Positions 34,943-46,158 of a stretch of DNA of 64,000 nt are shown here, in pieces. The notes under the pieces are model-generated. The model worked only from the letters and a program-made list of their open reading frames with translations, searched no databases and was not told the origin of the DNA. The translations under genes were made by a program, and so were the position numbers. This DNA comes from Prorocentrum cordatum (Eukaryota): the NCBI GenBank assembly GCA_963575745.1, contig CAUYUJ010000001.1, positions 2,356,001 through 2,420,000 of the forward strand, given 5' to 3'. The number at the start of each line of letters is the position of its first letter. Position 1 is the stretch's first letter.

Positions 34943-36509
34943 TCATGACGTAGCTCCGTCCAGAGGTAGTGACTACGCGCGGGGCTCCAGATGCGGCTGG
35001 GGATGCCGTCGCAGCGGCAGGCGCGCCTGAGCTCGCGGCTCCTGGAGGCGCTGGAAGATGAGCACGTCGTCGAACTCCCTCCATGTTCTTCCACACGCTT
35101 CCGACCCCCTGCTGCTCAGGAGATGTAGGCAGTGCACGCTCTGGCAGAGGTGCCTGCTCACGTCGCTTCTGCAGGCCATCGTAGACCTCGCCTGGGTTTA
35201 ATCGGGCATGCATCTCCGACTCCTGCTTCTCTATCAGCGCGAGGCGGTCCAGCAACTCAGCTTTGTCACGCTGCGAGACCTCCAGTCGTTTCTTCTCCAC
35301 GCTCTTCCTCACGTCCTCGGAGGCTCCTGCCATGACCCAGTCCTCGTCCTTAGGGGCGGCGGCAGCCTCCCCGGTCGGAGCGGCAGACGTTAGTCCTGGC
35401 GCAGCTCCGTCTGGGGTGTTCCCTGGAGGTTCTCCCGGAACGTTCGATCCTTTAGTCTTCGATGCCCCTTTCGCCGACGCCGCCGCTGCGGCATCCACCA
35501 CGAATGCAGGATAGGCCCTCGCAGGGCCACTGGCTGGAGAGAAGTCCGGCTTCTCGCAGCGGCGCGTGTAGAGGTTGAGGCGCGCGATGCGGTCGTTCTT
35601 CGCGATGAAGTGGATGGTTGCCGGCGGCGTCAGGTAATCCCTAAAGATGTCCTGACGCGGATACCAGCTGCAGAAGATCTCATCCATCTCCTCCGGCGTG
35701 AACGGCAGCTCCTTATCCTCGCGCCGCTGATCGTTATCGTCCTCGCTGGCCTCATCCTCCTCGCTGGCCTCGTCCTCCTTCTTCACCTCGGCCTCCTTCT
35801 TCACTTCCCTGCTGCTTCTTGCCCTCTTCCTCTCTATCTTCTCTTCTTTACTGCTCCTCGCCTTCTTCTTCTTCTCTTTCCTCTCTTCCTTCTCTTCCTT
35901 CTCACCGCGGCCTTCCGGTGTGCTCCGCTTCTCTTCCTTCTCACCGCGGCCATCCGGTGCACTCCGCGACCTCGAACGCGATGAGGCCCCCGCCTCGGGC
36001 GGAGGAGGGGCGCGATGCTCACGGAGAACAGCTCCCCGATCGCGGTGGCGGTCGTCACGACGATCTCGATGATGATCTTCACGATGCTTGGTGTCACGAA
36101 TCCCGCCTTCGCCGCGCCGATCGTCGCGGTGCTTGGTATCGCGATTTCCGCCCATCACGATCTTGAACATAGTTGCCGTGATCTCGTCGAGATCCACCTC
36201 AGCCGCCGTGCAAGGCTTCGACGTGGTCAGCTGCAGCCGCATGGGCCGACCCTGGACGAAGTCGAGAGCCTCGAAGCGGCCTTGCTTGAAGAAGATGGGC
36301 TTCTTGTTCGTCACACGCTCCACGATGTGATGGACCGTGGCAAGGTCAGGAAACTCCAACTCCACGCTGTGCCCCTTTGGGTTGGGGGTTGGCCAGAATG
36401 CGATGGCAACGCACGCATGCATCCTCGTCCTCCTGATCCTCCCCGCGCCTGGCAAGGGCGCGCGCGCGTTCGTCACTGCCCTGTGCGGGCCCGGGGCCAT
36501 CGTCGGCAT
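34943..36509 (-). CDS. Copia A gag-PR intervening region of unknown function (charged, low complexity)
   Basis: Long ORF inside the element between the gag zinc knuckle and the protease; no motif recognised. Confidence 0.55.
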
Positions 36510-38097
36510 CCCGGCGTAGACTTGGCGCAGGCATGCTCTTGGGTCGAGGATTCATGACGATCCGCCCTGGAGCATCGGCTCGGCCCTCCACCAGATGCCT
36601 CTGGGCAGGCACCGACTGGGGAGCGCGGCGCCATGGGGCGCGGCCACGACGCTCCTCGGCACTGCCTGCCATGCCAACCCAGTGGATGACCGGTCCATGC
36701 GCCTGCCTTGGAGCCGGCGGCTCCGCAGAGCTCCGCTGGTTGGGCGACGCTGGCTGGCCACTCTTAGGCCCGGTCTTGTTGTGCGGCTCGCGCTCGCCAC
36801 TCTTCACCTTGGGGCACTCCGGGTCGCCGCGCCAGTGGCTGGGCTGATCGCAGTCAGCACACCGGCTGTTAGCCTTGCGCTGGTCCGTCGGCTTGCGACC
36901 AGCCTGGAAGGAGCCGCTGACGTTGATCTTCTTGGGGTCCCGCTGCCGAGGGGCAACGAATCCGCGCTTCTGACGCTGTGCTGCCGTCTTCTGCTTGGCC
37001 CTCCAACTGGCCAAGAACGCCTCTTGGAGATCCTCCGTCGCCTCGTACTCCTCGTCATCAGGCCCGTCGTTGTCCGACGCCAGCTCCTCTTCGACCTCGG
37101 CGCCGTCCTCGAAGATGATCCCCTCGCCAGCTCCGGGGTCTCCATCGTCCTGGTCATCTGCTTCATCTTCGTCGTGCTGCGCCTCCTCCAGGTCGCCGTC
37201 GTGGTCATCGTAGTCTTCACCGTTCTCCACCTCGTGCACATGCTGGCCATGGCGTCCTCGAAGCACGTATGGCCTGCGAGCCATGGGAGGGTGCGGATAG
37301 CGACCGCCCGAGCTCCCGGAGGAGCGCCCGTGATCACGCTGCGCCGCCACAAACGGCGAGCGGCGAGGGAGCACCGAGCGCTTCTCGGTGTCGTGCACCT
37401 TCGAGTAGGCTGCCTTCAGCACGACCTCCATCCGCTTCGAGTCGTAGATGCCGCCGCAATTGAAGAGCACCTGCGCTTGCTCCTTTTGCGACAGCCCAGC
37501 GCCACGGAGCATCTTGCTCGCCAGCGCGCGATCGCTGATCGCTGACGTGGGGTCCTCGAGCTGCAACTCCATGCGCTTCTTCCGAAGGTACGTCGTCCAA
37601 TCCATGATGGGCTGCCCTGCTCGACGGTGTGCTCGCTCCCACTCCTGATGCACCTGGTCCAGGCGCTCGTGGTCCATCTTCTCGAAGGCGTCATCGTAGA
37701 TAGCGAAGATAGTCTCGAGCGTGTCCTCGCGTCGAAGGTCCGACGCGTCAAGCACCTCGACGAGCTTCTTGGCCCGACCTGTCACCTGGCCGTAGATGAT
37801 CAGGCCCAGCTCCACGTCAGAAAGCTGGTTGAGATTGCGGATGACCTCAACTGCCTTGCGCCACTCCCGGTACTTCTTGGTACTCGTACCGACGGCACCG
37901 TCGAACTCCGGGAGCTTCACCTGCGACAGCAGTAGACGTGTGCGTCTGGGACCGCTGTCGCCGCCGCGATCCCGATGCAAGGCCAAGAGCTCCCTCTGGG
38001 TCTCAGCCATCACGCGCAGGACCGCGTGCAGGTCTGGGGGGCCTGCGCCGACGGAGGACGCAGCCTCCGCATCTGAGCCGTCGTGGCTGGCAGCCAT
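36510..38097 (-). CDS. gag: Copia A Gag with zinc knuckle
   Basis: ATG 67 nt after the PBS; LPEFDG...YREWR, QVTGRA and CADCDQPSHWRGDPEC. Confidence 0.88.
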
Positions 38098-38163
38098 GGC
38101 GGCCCGCGCGGGTGGTCACAGCCACCGAAGCAGAGCACGCAGTGCGTCCGCTGGAGCTTACAA

Positions 38164-38175
38164 GCTCCGCTACCA
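38164..38175 (-). promoter_or_regulatory. Primer-binding site TGGTAGCGGAGC (probably initiator tRNA-Met)
   Basis: One nt inside the 5' LTR; same 12-mer as in Copia B; resembles canonical tRNA-iMet PBS sequences. Confidence 0.85.
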
Positions 38176-38176
38176 A

Positions 38177-38358
38177 TGTCAGTGCAGTTCTTTTAGCTCG
38201 GACCGCGCGGCAGTCCAACTGCGGGTGCAGTCCCAGGGCCCTAGGACTAGGGCCAAAACAGCGGCGGGAAGCGTGCATGCCACAAACATGACAAGCATGT
38301 ACAACATGCGTACACGGTGGCACGGGCGGCAGAGGGGCAGGGGAGTGCACTCTTCACA
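38177..38358 (-). repeat. 5' LTR of Copia A (182 bp)
   Basis: Direct repeat of 28680-28862. Confidence 0.97.
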
Positions 38359-39817
38359 CCCTGGCCCAGGCGCCCCTTCCTCCCCAACCCAGTCCTCCTT
38401 CTGCACCTCCCGCTGCTGCTACTCCTCCAACTCCTCCGAAGGGCACCAAGGATGCAAACACCTATGTCAGCACGAAGGCAACTATGGCACCTCTTGCCCA
38501 AATTCCCTCTAGCACAGGCGACCCCTCCCTTCTTCATCCATGATGTCCACAGCTTGTCCTCCACCCCCTCCTCTCACCCTCTTTTCCCCTTTCTCTCGGC
38601 CTGCTCCTGCTCCTCCCCATATTCGTGGCCATCCTCCCTCCTCCCTTCCTTCCTCGTCCCTTCTCGAACCTCGGAGACCCCGCGAAAACAGCAAGAACCC
38701 GCAGGAACAACCCGATTATGTCTGGAAACTTCAAAATTTCGGGAAGTCAGCGGAAGCCTCCCTATGCGCCGCTATGCTCCTCCACGCTCGCTCGCTCGCT
38801 GACAACGTACCTGAAGGCCAGATCGAGTCAGAAGCCTAATATCAGGAAAAGGGGAACGCCGCGCGCGGAGTAGAGGAGCAGTGGTGGAGGGCACGCAGAT
38901 GGACGCCGACAGGGCGCGCCGCAGGTTTTGGGCCCAGAATCGAATCTGGAAGTCGTATCGAATCGGCTGCATCGGCACGGAGTCGAGATCGACTTGGATC
39001 GGCCGCGCCAGGATGCACAGCAGCGCCATGCAAGCGTCGGCCCGCATCGGATCCCGAAGGCCTAAATTGAATCGGATCGAGCCGGGCGAAATCAATGCCG
39101 AATTGGATCGATCGGATCGACATGGCCTCTGCTGGGGGGCGGATAAGACCCCCAATCGTCGTCCTCCTCATCGTCCTCCCCCTCTCTCCGCGAACGTGTC
39201 CGGATGCCTCAAGCCTCGAGCCTCCCGAGACCTCAACTTAGTCCTCCTCCACTCCTCAGTGCCCCTCCCTCCCTCCCCTCCCTCCCCTCCCCGAAGGGCA
39301 ATTTCAGACGGGGACCTGCATGCGTCCGTGAAGATTTTGCTAATCGTCCTCCCCTCAAGTTTCTGCTGATCGTCCCCCCCTGCAGTTTTTGCAGATCGTC
39401 CTCCCCTGAAAGTTTTTGCTGATCGCCCCCCCTGAGCCAGCCCCCCCCTGCAATTTTTGCCGATCGTCCTCCCCCTCCTCCGCGAGGCCCCCAGATGCCC
39501 GAGGCCTGCCACCAGAGAGAAACGCCCAACGCCTCTCAAGACCTCACCTGTTCGCCTTCCTCGATGCCCCTCCCCGGCGGACATTCGCCGATGTTCTTTT
39601 TTAGTATTCATTTATTTGTTTTCATTGTGCGGCCCCAGAAGTCCCGTCTCTCTCCGTGGGGCCAATAGTTGTGCCCTGGAATTATTTTTGAAGGCTCTGA
39701 GGCCCGATACGGGGCCCCGGAGGCCGAAGTCAAGGGCAAACAAGCGAGGACTGAACAAAATCAGATCGCCGGAGATCTGGGCCTGCTCCCCTCCCCTCCC
39801 CTCCCGCTGCAGTCCAG

Positions 39818-39940
39818 GCTTCCAGGCGGGGCCGGCCCCCCCGGCGGAGCCCCGCGCCTGGATGAGGCGCGCTCGACGCCCCGGACCTGCGCCATCTGCC
39901 CGTTCAGCTCCGGTGAGCTGGACCTCGGGGGCGCCCTCGA
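39818..39940 (+). CDS. Possible isolated host exon
   Basis: Pyrimidine tract + CAG|G, translation ...RLDEARSTPRTCAICPFSSGELDLGGALE, GAG|GC donor-like end; no family recognised. Confidence 0.2.
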
Positions 39941-40249
39941 GGCGACCGACGCAGAAATGCGTTCTACATCGCCTCGTCTCAGGGGGCAGGCGGGAGGCCA
40001 GCGGGCCGAGCGCAGGTCTACTCTTTGGTCGGGCATGTCCCCCTACAGGCGGACTCTGGACGAACAATCAAAAATACACCAAAAATGCTCAAGCAATGCC
40101 CCAAAATACCATCAAAATCGTCCCCCGACTACTTTTGAAACTATTTTTGAATGTTCCTCCCAATCTTCGGCTTCGGTCCCAGTCCCGACCCTGGCCCCAG
40201 GCCTGGCCCCGACTCTGGACCCCGGTCCAGGCTCTCGGTCCCAGTCCCG

Positions 40250-40854
40250 GCCTCCTCCTCCTCCTCCTCCTCCTCCTCCTCCTCCTCCTCCTTCTCTTCA
40301 TCCTCCTCCTCCTCCATCCTCCTCCTTCCTCCTCCTCCTCCTCCTCCTCCTCCTCCTCCTCCTCCTCCTCCCGCTCCCCCTCCTCCTTTCCTCATTCTCC
40401 TCTTCCTCCTCCTCCTCCTCCTCCTCCTCCCGCTCCTCCTCCTCCTCCTCCTCCTCCTCCTCCCCTCCTCCTCCTCCTCCTCCTCCTCCTCCTCCTCCTC
40501 CCCCTGAAACGCCGCCGCCGCCGCCGCCTCCTCCTCCTCGTCCTCCTCCTCCACCTTTCCTCCTCCTCCTCCTCCACCTCCTCATCCTCCTCCTCCTCCT
40601 ACTCCCTTCCTCCTCCTCCTCCTCCTCCTCCTCCTCCTCCCCCTCCCGCTCGCCCTCCTGCTCCTGCTCCTCCTCCTCCTCCTCCTCCTCCCGCTCCTCC
40701 TCCTCCTCCTCCTCCCTCCTCCTCCTCCTCCTCCTCCCTCCTCCTCCTCCCTCCTCCTCCCCTCCCGCTCCCCCTCGTTCTTCTTCCCGCCGCCGCCGCC
40801 GCCTCCTCCGCCTCCTCCGCCTCCGCCTCCTCCTCCTCCTCCTCCTCCTCCTCC
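40250..40854. repeat. (CCT)n microsatellite, left flank of Copia B
   Basis: Seen directly. Confidence 0.95.
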
Positions 40855-41029
40855 TGCAAAACCCCGAGGAGGGTTCTGCGCGGGAGCCCAGTAACAGTGA
40901 TGATGGTCGGTCACCTTTATACTCCCGCACGGCGAAGCGAGTCTCGGTGGTTTCAGCCGTTAAACACTTGAGCCAAAGGTAACAGGGTCACTATTCCTCC
41001 CCAGTCACCTGAACGCTTGCATGTTAACA
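40855..41029 (-). repeat. 3' LTR of Copia B
   Basis: Direct repeat of 51432-51606. Confidence 0.97.
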
Positions 41030-41038
41030 CCCCCCCTC
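41030..41038 (-). promoter_or_regulatory. Polypurine tract GAGGGGGGG
   Basis: Directly abuts the 3' LTR on the - strand. Confidence 0.85.
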
Positions 41039-41435
41039 GGACGCTAGTCCGTACGGGCTGACGGGGAGGTGTCTTCAAACATAAAAACAAGTTAAACTAC
41101 GCAACATGCTGCACGCAAATCGTCATATCGTTGAATTCGAAAGGTCTCGTGACAGCGTTTACGAGCACCACGTATCTCACACATGTAACATGAGCTCGAG
41201 TAAACGCTCTTGCAGTCACAAGTTTAAACGGAGCATCTAAAGTTTACACGGCAGGCTAGCATTTGGATGATTTTGATTGCTTTCGCTGTTTATTCGCCAA
41301 TACCTGCGGTAACTACAAAAGATGCACATGCACGCAGGCTCAGCTCAACAAGCTACCGCCACACGATTGTTAAGCCGAGTTAGAGGGGAGATGAGGGAGA
41401 GCGTAAACTACAGCATGCTGGTCACCTGCCACCTT

Positions 41436-43907
41436 TTACGAGCGGCGCGGGCGCCTCACCGACGGGGCCCGTGCGCCCCTCGACCTCGGTAGCCCGCGAT
41501 GCCCCACACTGGCCGCTGTGTAGGACGACACCCTGTTAAGGGCCTGCATCGGGCTGTAATAGTCGGTGTCCAGGTACGCGTTAATGCGCTCCTCGTCGTC
41601 GAGCCAGCACCCCTCGTCAAAGCTCTTGATGGACCCGTCAACAATGTTGTGGTAGGTGCCGATGGCCCTCCAGTAACTGGCGTGGGGGGCCTTCAACAGA
41701 GGCCCACCGCCTGGATTGTTACGGAGGTGCTCCTCGACCGCAGCGCCGGTAAACGGGTTCACAGTCCAGGTCGGATCGGTAAGCCAGTTGGGGAAGTCGT
41801 CGCACGGTAACCAGCCAAACCAGCAAAGCTTCTCACGATGATCGCTTTTACGCTCGGTGATATGATCAGCAGGCCAATTGTCACGGTAAAGTGCCCTCAT
41901 GGGTCCCTGATCGTTAAGAGCGACATCTAAGATGGTCTGGTGCCAGTAGACTGGAGGCCTGTTGATGCTGCCCTTTAACTCCTCGGTTCTCCTGACCTCG
42001 AGGTCCTCGATGAAGTAGTTGCGGTAATGCACCTGGAACCCGTTCATGTAACGGCAGTAGAGCTTGGCAAGGTCAGGCGTCGCAAACCGAATTACGGTAA
42101 CTCCAGTCGAGATGTAACCGTGCGGCCCGCGGGTGTCTTCCACCAGGTGCTTAACAGAGATCACGGTGGGGTTGCCGTGGGGCAGCATCCCTGCCCACGT
42201 TAAGAGGAGACCGTTAAGCTGCTTCTCGTTCATCTCCGGCACCTTGTTGACGTACACCTGCGTGTCCGGGCAACTGTGGAGCTCAAACCACGATGGGTGA
42301 ATATCGTCAACGTGGAGTGGTGGCACGTACTCGTCGTCAAACAGGGGCTGTACGTGCCCAACTGCGTCAACCCATTCATCATGCTTGGTCAACTCTTTGT
42401 CCGTCAACTGAGATCTCCAGCTGCTTGGGCCCTTCAACACGGCATAGCCGATGAAACCGTAAGCGTGTTGGCCGTAGATGTCAACGAATACTTCATCGTA
42501 ATCGTTAAGCTCCCGCCCCGTGTTGCCCTGAATAGACCGACCGCCAGGGGTCGTTAAACCCGTCTTCGCCACATGCCCGACGAAGTTGCCCTCAAACCTG
42601 CGCCAGTTGTCGCGCGTCTTCATCGTTAATGCGACCACTTCCCTGGGGTCAGGTTCCACCTTGTAGTTAACGTCGTAGTCGTCGCTCCTGTCGTTCAGCA
42701 TGGGCATGTGACCGTTGACGTGGTACAGCGGGCGGTACACGGCCCTGGCGACGTTCCGAGAGTATCCCGCAAGCTGGTCATTCGTGCGGTTAACGACTTG
42801 AGGCTGCGGTGGCGGGATGCGCTGGACCGGTGACCTCTTGGGCTCCGGAGGCGGGGGCTTCATGCCGCTAACGCTGCTCGATGCTCTTGACTCGCCGAGC
42901 CCCGGAGGAGGTGGCTTGGCCGGCCTCGCGTTCACAACAGGGGTAGGACCTTTTGGTGCTTCGTCACGTTGACTGCTCTTCGCACGATCTTCATCCATCT
43001 TCATGCCGATCTGCAGTAACTCTTCCAACTCCCGTTTACGCTCATGCATGGCCTTTGGCGCTTTCTTGTAAACAGGTTGTGGCTCCGTTGACTGCGGGAT
43101 CTTGTTCGGCGACATGGACCGTCGGATCCCTCCGGCTTTGGTGGTTGCGCCGGTAAGGTCCTGAGCCGGGGGAGCTTTCCCTGATGGAGCCACGTTAACC
43201 TGCATCACTGGGGGCGCGCCTGAGGCCATGGACTCGGCTGCCGCGGTGACGGCAACGGGTGGCGCCTTGGCGAGTGCTGCCGTTGGAGGCAGCTCAGGTA
43301 ACGGCGGAGGCACCTGCGGGATGATGGTAACCGAGGAGCTGATCGGGTCATTCAAGAACCTCTGTAAACCCTCAAGCCTCTCGGTAACTCCCACTAACAT
43401 GCGTAGTGCCGCATCCCGTTTGCCCTCGAAGTCCTGCAGAGGCGTGATGTTCTCGGTAAGACGTCTGGCGGTGTTCAAGAGGTAACCAATGTTCTCGTTG
43501 ATGCGCCTGTACTTGGTCGCATTCTCCGCCGTGTTAACCTCCGAGTCGCGATTCTTGATGTTCAGCTCTGTAATCGTCGCCACCAGAGCGTTAACCTCGT
43601 CCTGCGCCCTCTTGAGGTTTTCGTTGACGTCGTCACTGGCGTGGAGCAACGCAGCGTTCTGCCGCGTTAAGTCCTCGATCCTCCGCGCCATGTCATCGGC
43701 GGCCCTCTGCGCCTCGTCAACATGTTTGTCATGGGCCCCGTGAAAGTTAATGGCCATGTTGGTGAGGGTCACGGTAAACGCATGGGCAACGTTGGCGATG
43801 TCGTCAACACGGCGATTGAGGTTCTCACGCGTAACCGGTCCATCCCCAGGCGGGCTCTGGTCAACCACGGAGCCGTTGATCGTGACGTTGACCTGGTGAG
43901 CCGCCAT
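41436..43907 (-). CDS. Copia B ORF3: coiled coil, Pro-rich linker, RRM-like domain; function unknown
   Basis: Uninterrupted ~820 codons between pol and the 3' LTR; QVYVNKVP (RNP2-like) and TGVTVIRFATPDLAKLYCRYMNG (RNP1-like); first ATG at 43907. Confidence 0.85.
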   Translation of the reverse strand: MAAHQVNVTINGSVVDQSPPGDGPVTRENLNRRVDDIANVAHAFTVTLTNMAINFHGAHDKHVDEAQRAADDMARRIEDLTRQNAALLHASDDVNENLKRAQDEVNALVATITELNIKNRDSEVNTAENATKYRRINENIGYLLNTARRLTENITPLQDFEGKRDAALRMLVGVTERLEGLQRFLNDPISSSVTIIPQVPPPLPELPPTAALAKAPPVAVTAAAESMASGAPPVMQVNVAPSGKAPPAQDLTGATTKAGGIRRSMSPNKIPQSTEPQPVYKKAPKAMHERKRELEELLQIGMKMDEDRAKSSQRDEAPKGPTPVVNARPAKPPPPGLGESRASSSVSGMKPPPPEPKRSPVQRIPPPQPQVVNRTNDQLAGYSRNVARAVYRPLYHVNGHMPMLNDRSDDYDVNYKVEPDPREVVALTMKTRDNWRRFEGNFVGHVAKTGLTTPGGRSIQGNTGRELNDYDEVFVDIYGQHAYGFIGYAVLKGPSSWRSQLTDKELTKHDEWVDAVGHVQPLFDDEYVPPLHVDDIHPSWFELHSCPDTQVYVNKVPEMNEKQLNGLLLTWAGMLPHGNPTVISVKHLVEDTRGPHGYISTGVTVIRFATPDLAKLYCRYMNGFQVHYRNYFIEDLEVRRTEELKGSINRPPVYWHQTILDVALNDQGPMRALYRDNWPADHITERKSDHREKLCWFGWLPCDDFPNWLTDPTWTVNPFTGAAVEEHLRNNPGGGPLLKAPHASYWRAIGTYHNIVDGSIKSFDEGCWLDDEERINAYLDTDYYSPMQALNRVSSYTAASVGHRGLPRSRGARAPSVRRPRRS

Positions 43908-43994
43908 GCCTTCGTTCACGCTCAAGAGTAAGAGGTAATGGATGGAGGAGGCTTTAATCGAGACGGCTTGCTTGACAGAAATGAGCTGCGAATG

Positions 43995-46158
43995 TCAACA
44001 TTCGGTAGCCGGCGCAAGATTATGCCGACCTGTTAGTGCACATTGATTCGTGTTTCGTAGGTGTGTGCTCATGCTCTCACGACTGACATACTTGGTTAAT
44101 GCATCTGCTGTGTTCTCATGTGTCCCTACTTTCACAATTCGAAGTACCCCCTCCTTTACCTTCTGCTGCAACCACAGTTGACATACTTCAATGTGTCTCA
44201 CGTTCCCTAGACCTCGTCTGCTCGCAATGGCAATTGCAGCCGTGGCATCACTCTTCAGGGTGATCTCAACTTCCAAGTTAAAATCTCTCAACACGGCCTG
44301 AAGTCCTAGACCAACTGAACCTCCTTTTACGAGTCCATAATATTCTGCTTCCCCTGACGATAACGCAATCACACTTTGAGTTGTGCTCCACGATTTTATA
44401 AGGTGTTTACCCCACATCACTACTCCTCCACTCGTAGACTTCCTAGTTCGCTTACATCCTGCGTAATCCGTGTCAGTCCAAATCGTCAACTCTCGGGGCT
44501 GTTCTTGATACTGATACACATAACTGCTTCTGCTGTGGTACTTCAAATGCTTTCCTAGCTTGACTAGGCCTTTCCAAGAGCCCATGGTTGGCTTTGACAT
44601 GGTTCTAGCAAGTTCCTTCACTGAATACTGTATGTCCGATCTGTCTTGAGCTAAATAATTCGCTCTGGCCGTCAATGCCTGATATCTCTTAGTCATGTTG
44701 GGCGAAAGTTCTACCTCATCTCCCTCTTCAACTGGAATGCGCTCACCTGGTACCTCAGTCCTCACTTTTACTCCTTCAAGCTCAAGCTCTGTGCCTTTGA
44801 TCTGCCTCATATCTCAACCCTTCCTCAGTCCATTCCACTATCCTGTTAAGAATCCTGATCGCTTTCATGTCCTCCTTTCCTGGTCCAAGTCGTCCTCTCA
44901 CTTTTACCTCAAACTCCTCCTGTATTTTATTTTCAAACCAATCGAGATCATGGTCACCCCCTAGTAGCGTAAAGTCATCCCCATGAACCGTTAACCATAA
45001 GGCTCGAATCTCGTGTTTGAACACGCATGCTGACGCAACTCCGCTTTTGAACCCAACTTCGATGGCAAAGTCCATGTAACAGTCTTCCCAGTTGCTTGCT
45101 GCGTCTCTTGTTCCGTACATTGACTTCAGTAGTTTTCCGCGCATGCCTGGTTCATAATCCTCGTCCGGTAATCTGATAAATATGTCTTTCTTTGCAGGGG
45201 CGTAAAAGTAAGCTCGTCTAATGTCAATGAATGCCAGCTTTAATCCTTTCTCGCGCTCGCCATTCGTGAATCCCACTCCTTCGGTAACTGCCATTGAGAA
45301 AAGCAGTTTCTGTGCTTCCAGCGGAGGCGTGGCCGCAAATATATTCTTTTCCTTGGAATTGTATTTAACTTGCTGGGCCACTAGCCTTGACCTGTGGTCT
45401 GGGCTTAACTCATCTCCTTTGTTAATGTCTATCCACCTGGTTCCGATGGGTGCCTTCCCCGTAACTTGCCAACGCACTTCCTCTTTCACTTTCTCGTAAA
45501 CTCTGTGTTTTCTGAATTGTTCTATTTCTTCTTGGCGCGCTTTCACAATTAGTTTAGGATCGAGTTCGTTTCCAGTAACATCGTCCCAGGCTTGAGTTAT
45601 CTCTCCATTTTCCTTGTGAACAACGTTGATCGCATTCATGGGGGGAGGTTTAACTGTGCCAACCTTTTCACACGCTGCACAGGTGCTGGGCGTCTTGAGC
45701 CAGCCCCCATGTTCACATGCACTGCGCTTCCACTTGTGTGGAGCAACCTCGCCAACAGCCTCATACGTAAAGGTGGTAGAAGTGTTAACCGGTCCCTTCT
45801 TGAACGTTCTCCTTCTCTCTCTACCTATGATTTCGTTCACGGGCCTGTCCTCGATAACTTTCCCTGTGTCCAAGTCAACGGTAAGTCTCCTAATGCATGA
45901 ACTCCATTGTGGTCCACTTGGTCCTAGCAACATCAATCTTTGGGTTCCATAATCTTTTCTCGTCCAGGTTAACTGGTGCTTGTGCTTTCTATCTTGGTCC
46001 GCATGTTCACCTGCCCAGTTGGTTTCGCTTATCTGCATTTCACTTTGCTCCTCTTCGTCAACTTCCATGTTTGTTGTTTCCTCTTCTTTAAACGTGCCCC
46101 CTTGGCGTCCGTCAACCTTCATTTGTTGCACAAGCCCCCTCAATATCGCTCGGCACAA
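43995..46158 (-). CDS. pol: Copia B RT + RNase H (one frameshift near 44790)
   Basis: WDDVTG, IGTRWIDINKG, RSRLVAQ, AATPPLEA, IDIRRAYF, SMYGTRDA, VHGDD; RNase H TDTDYAG, LSSGEAEYYG, SDATAA, NTADALTK. Confidence 0.95.

Larger units (their letters stand above)
28680..38358 (-). mobile_element. Full-length Ty1/Copia LTR retrotransposon A (gag-PR-DNMT-like-IN-RT-RH), frameshifted
   Basis: TG...CA LTRs, 5-bp TSD CCCTG (28675-28679 and 38359-38363), PBS, and Copia domain order with IN before RT. Confidence 0.95.

Noticed and set aside
29153..38512. Numerous + strand ORFs antisense to Copia A, and + strand ORFs opposite the Nudix gene
   Set aside because: Shadow ORFs of GC-rich coding sequence on the opposite strand.
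41436..43925. Retroviral envelope gene
   Set aside because: No evident signal peptide, furin site or transmembrane anchor.
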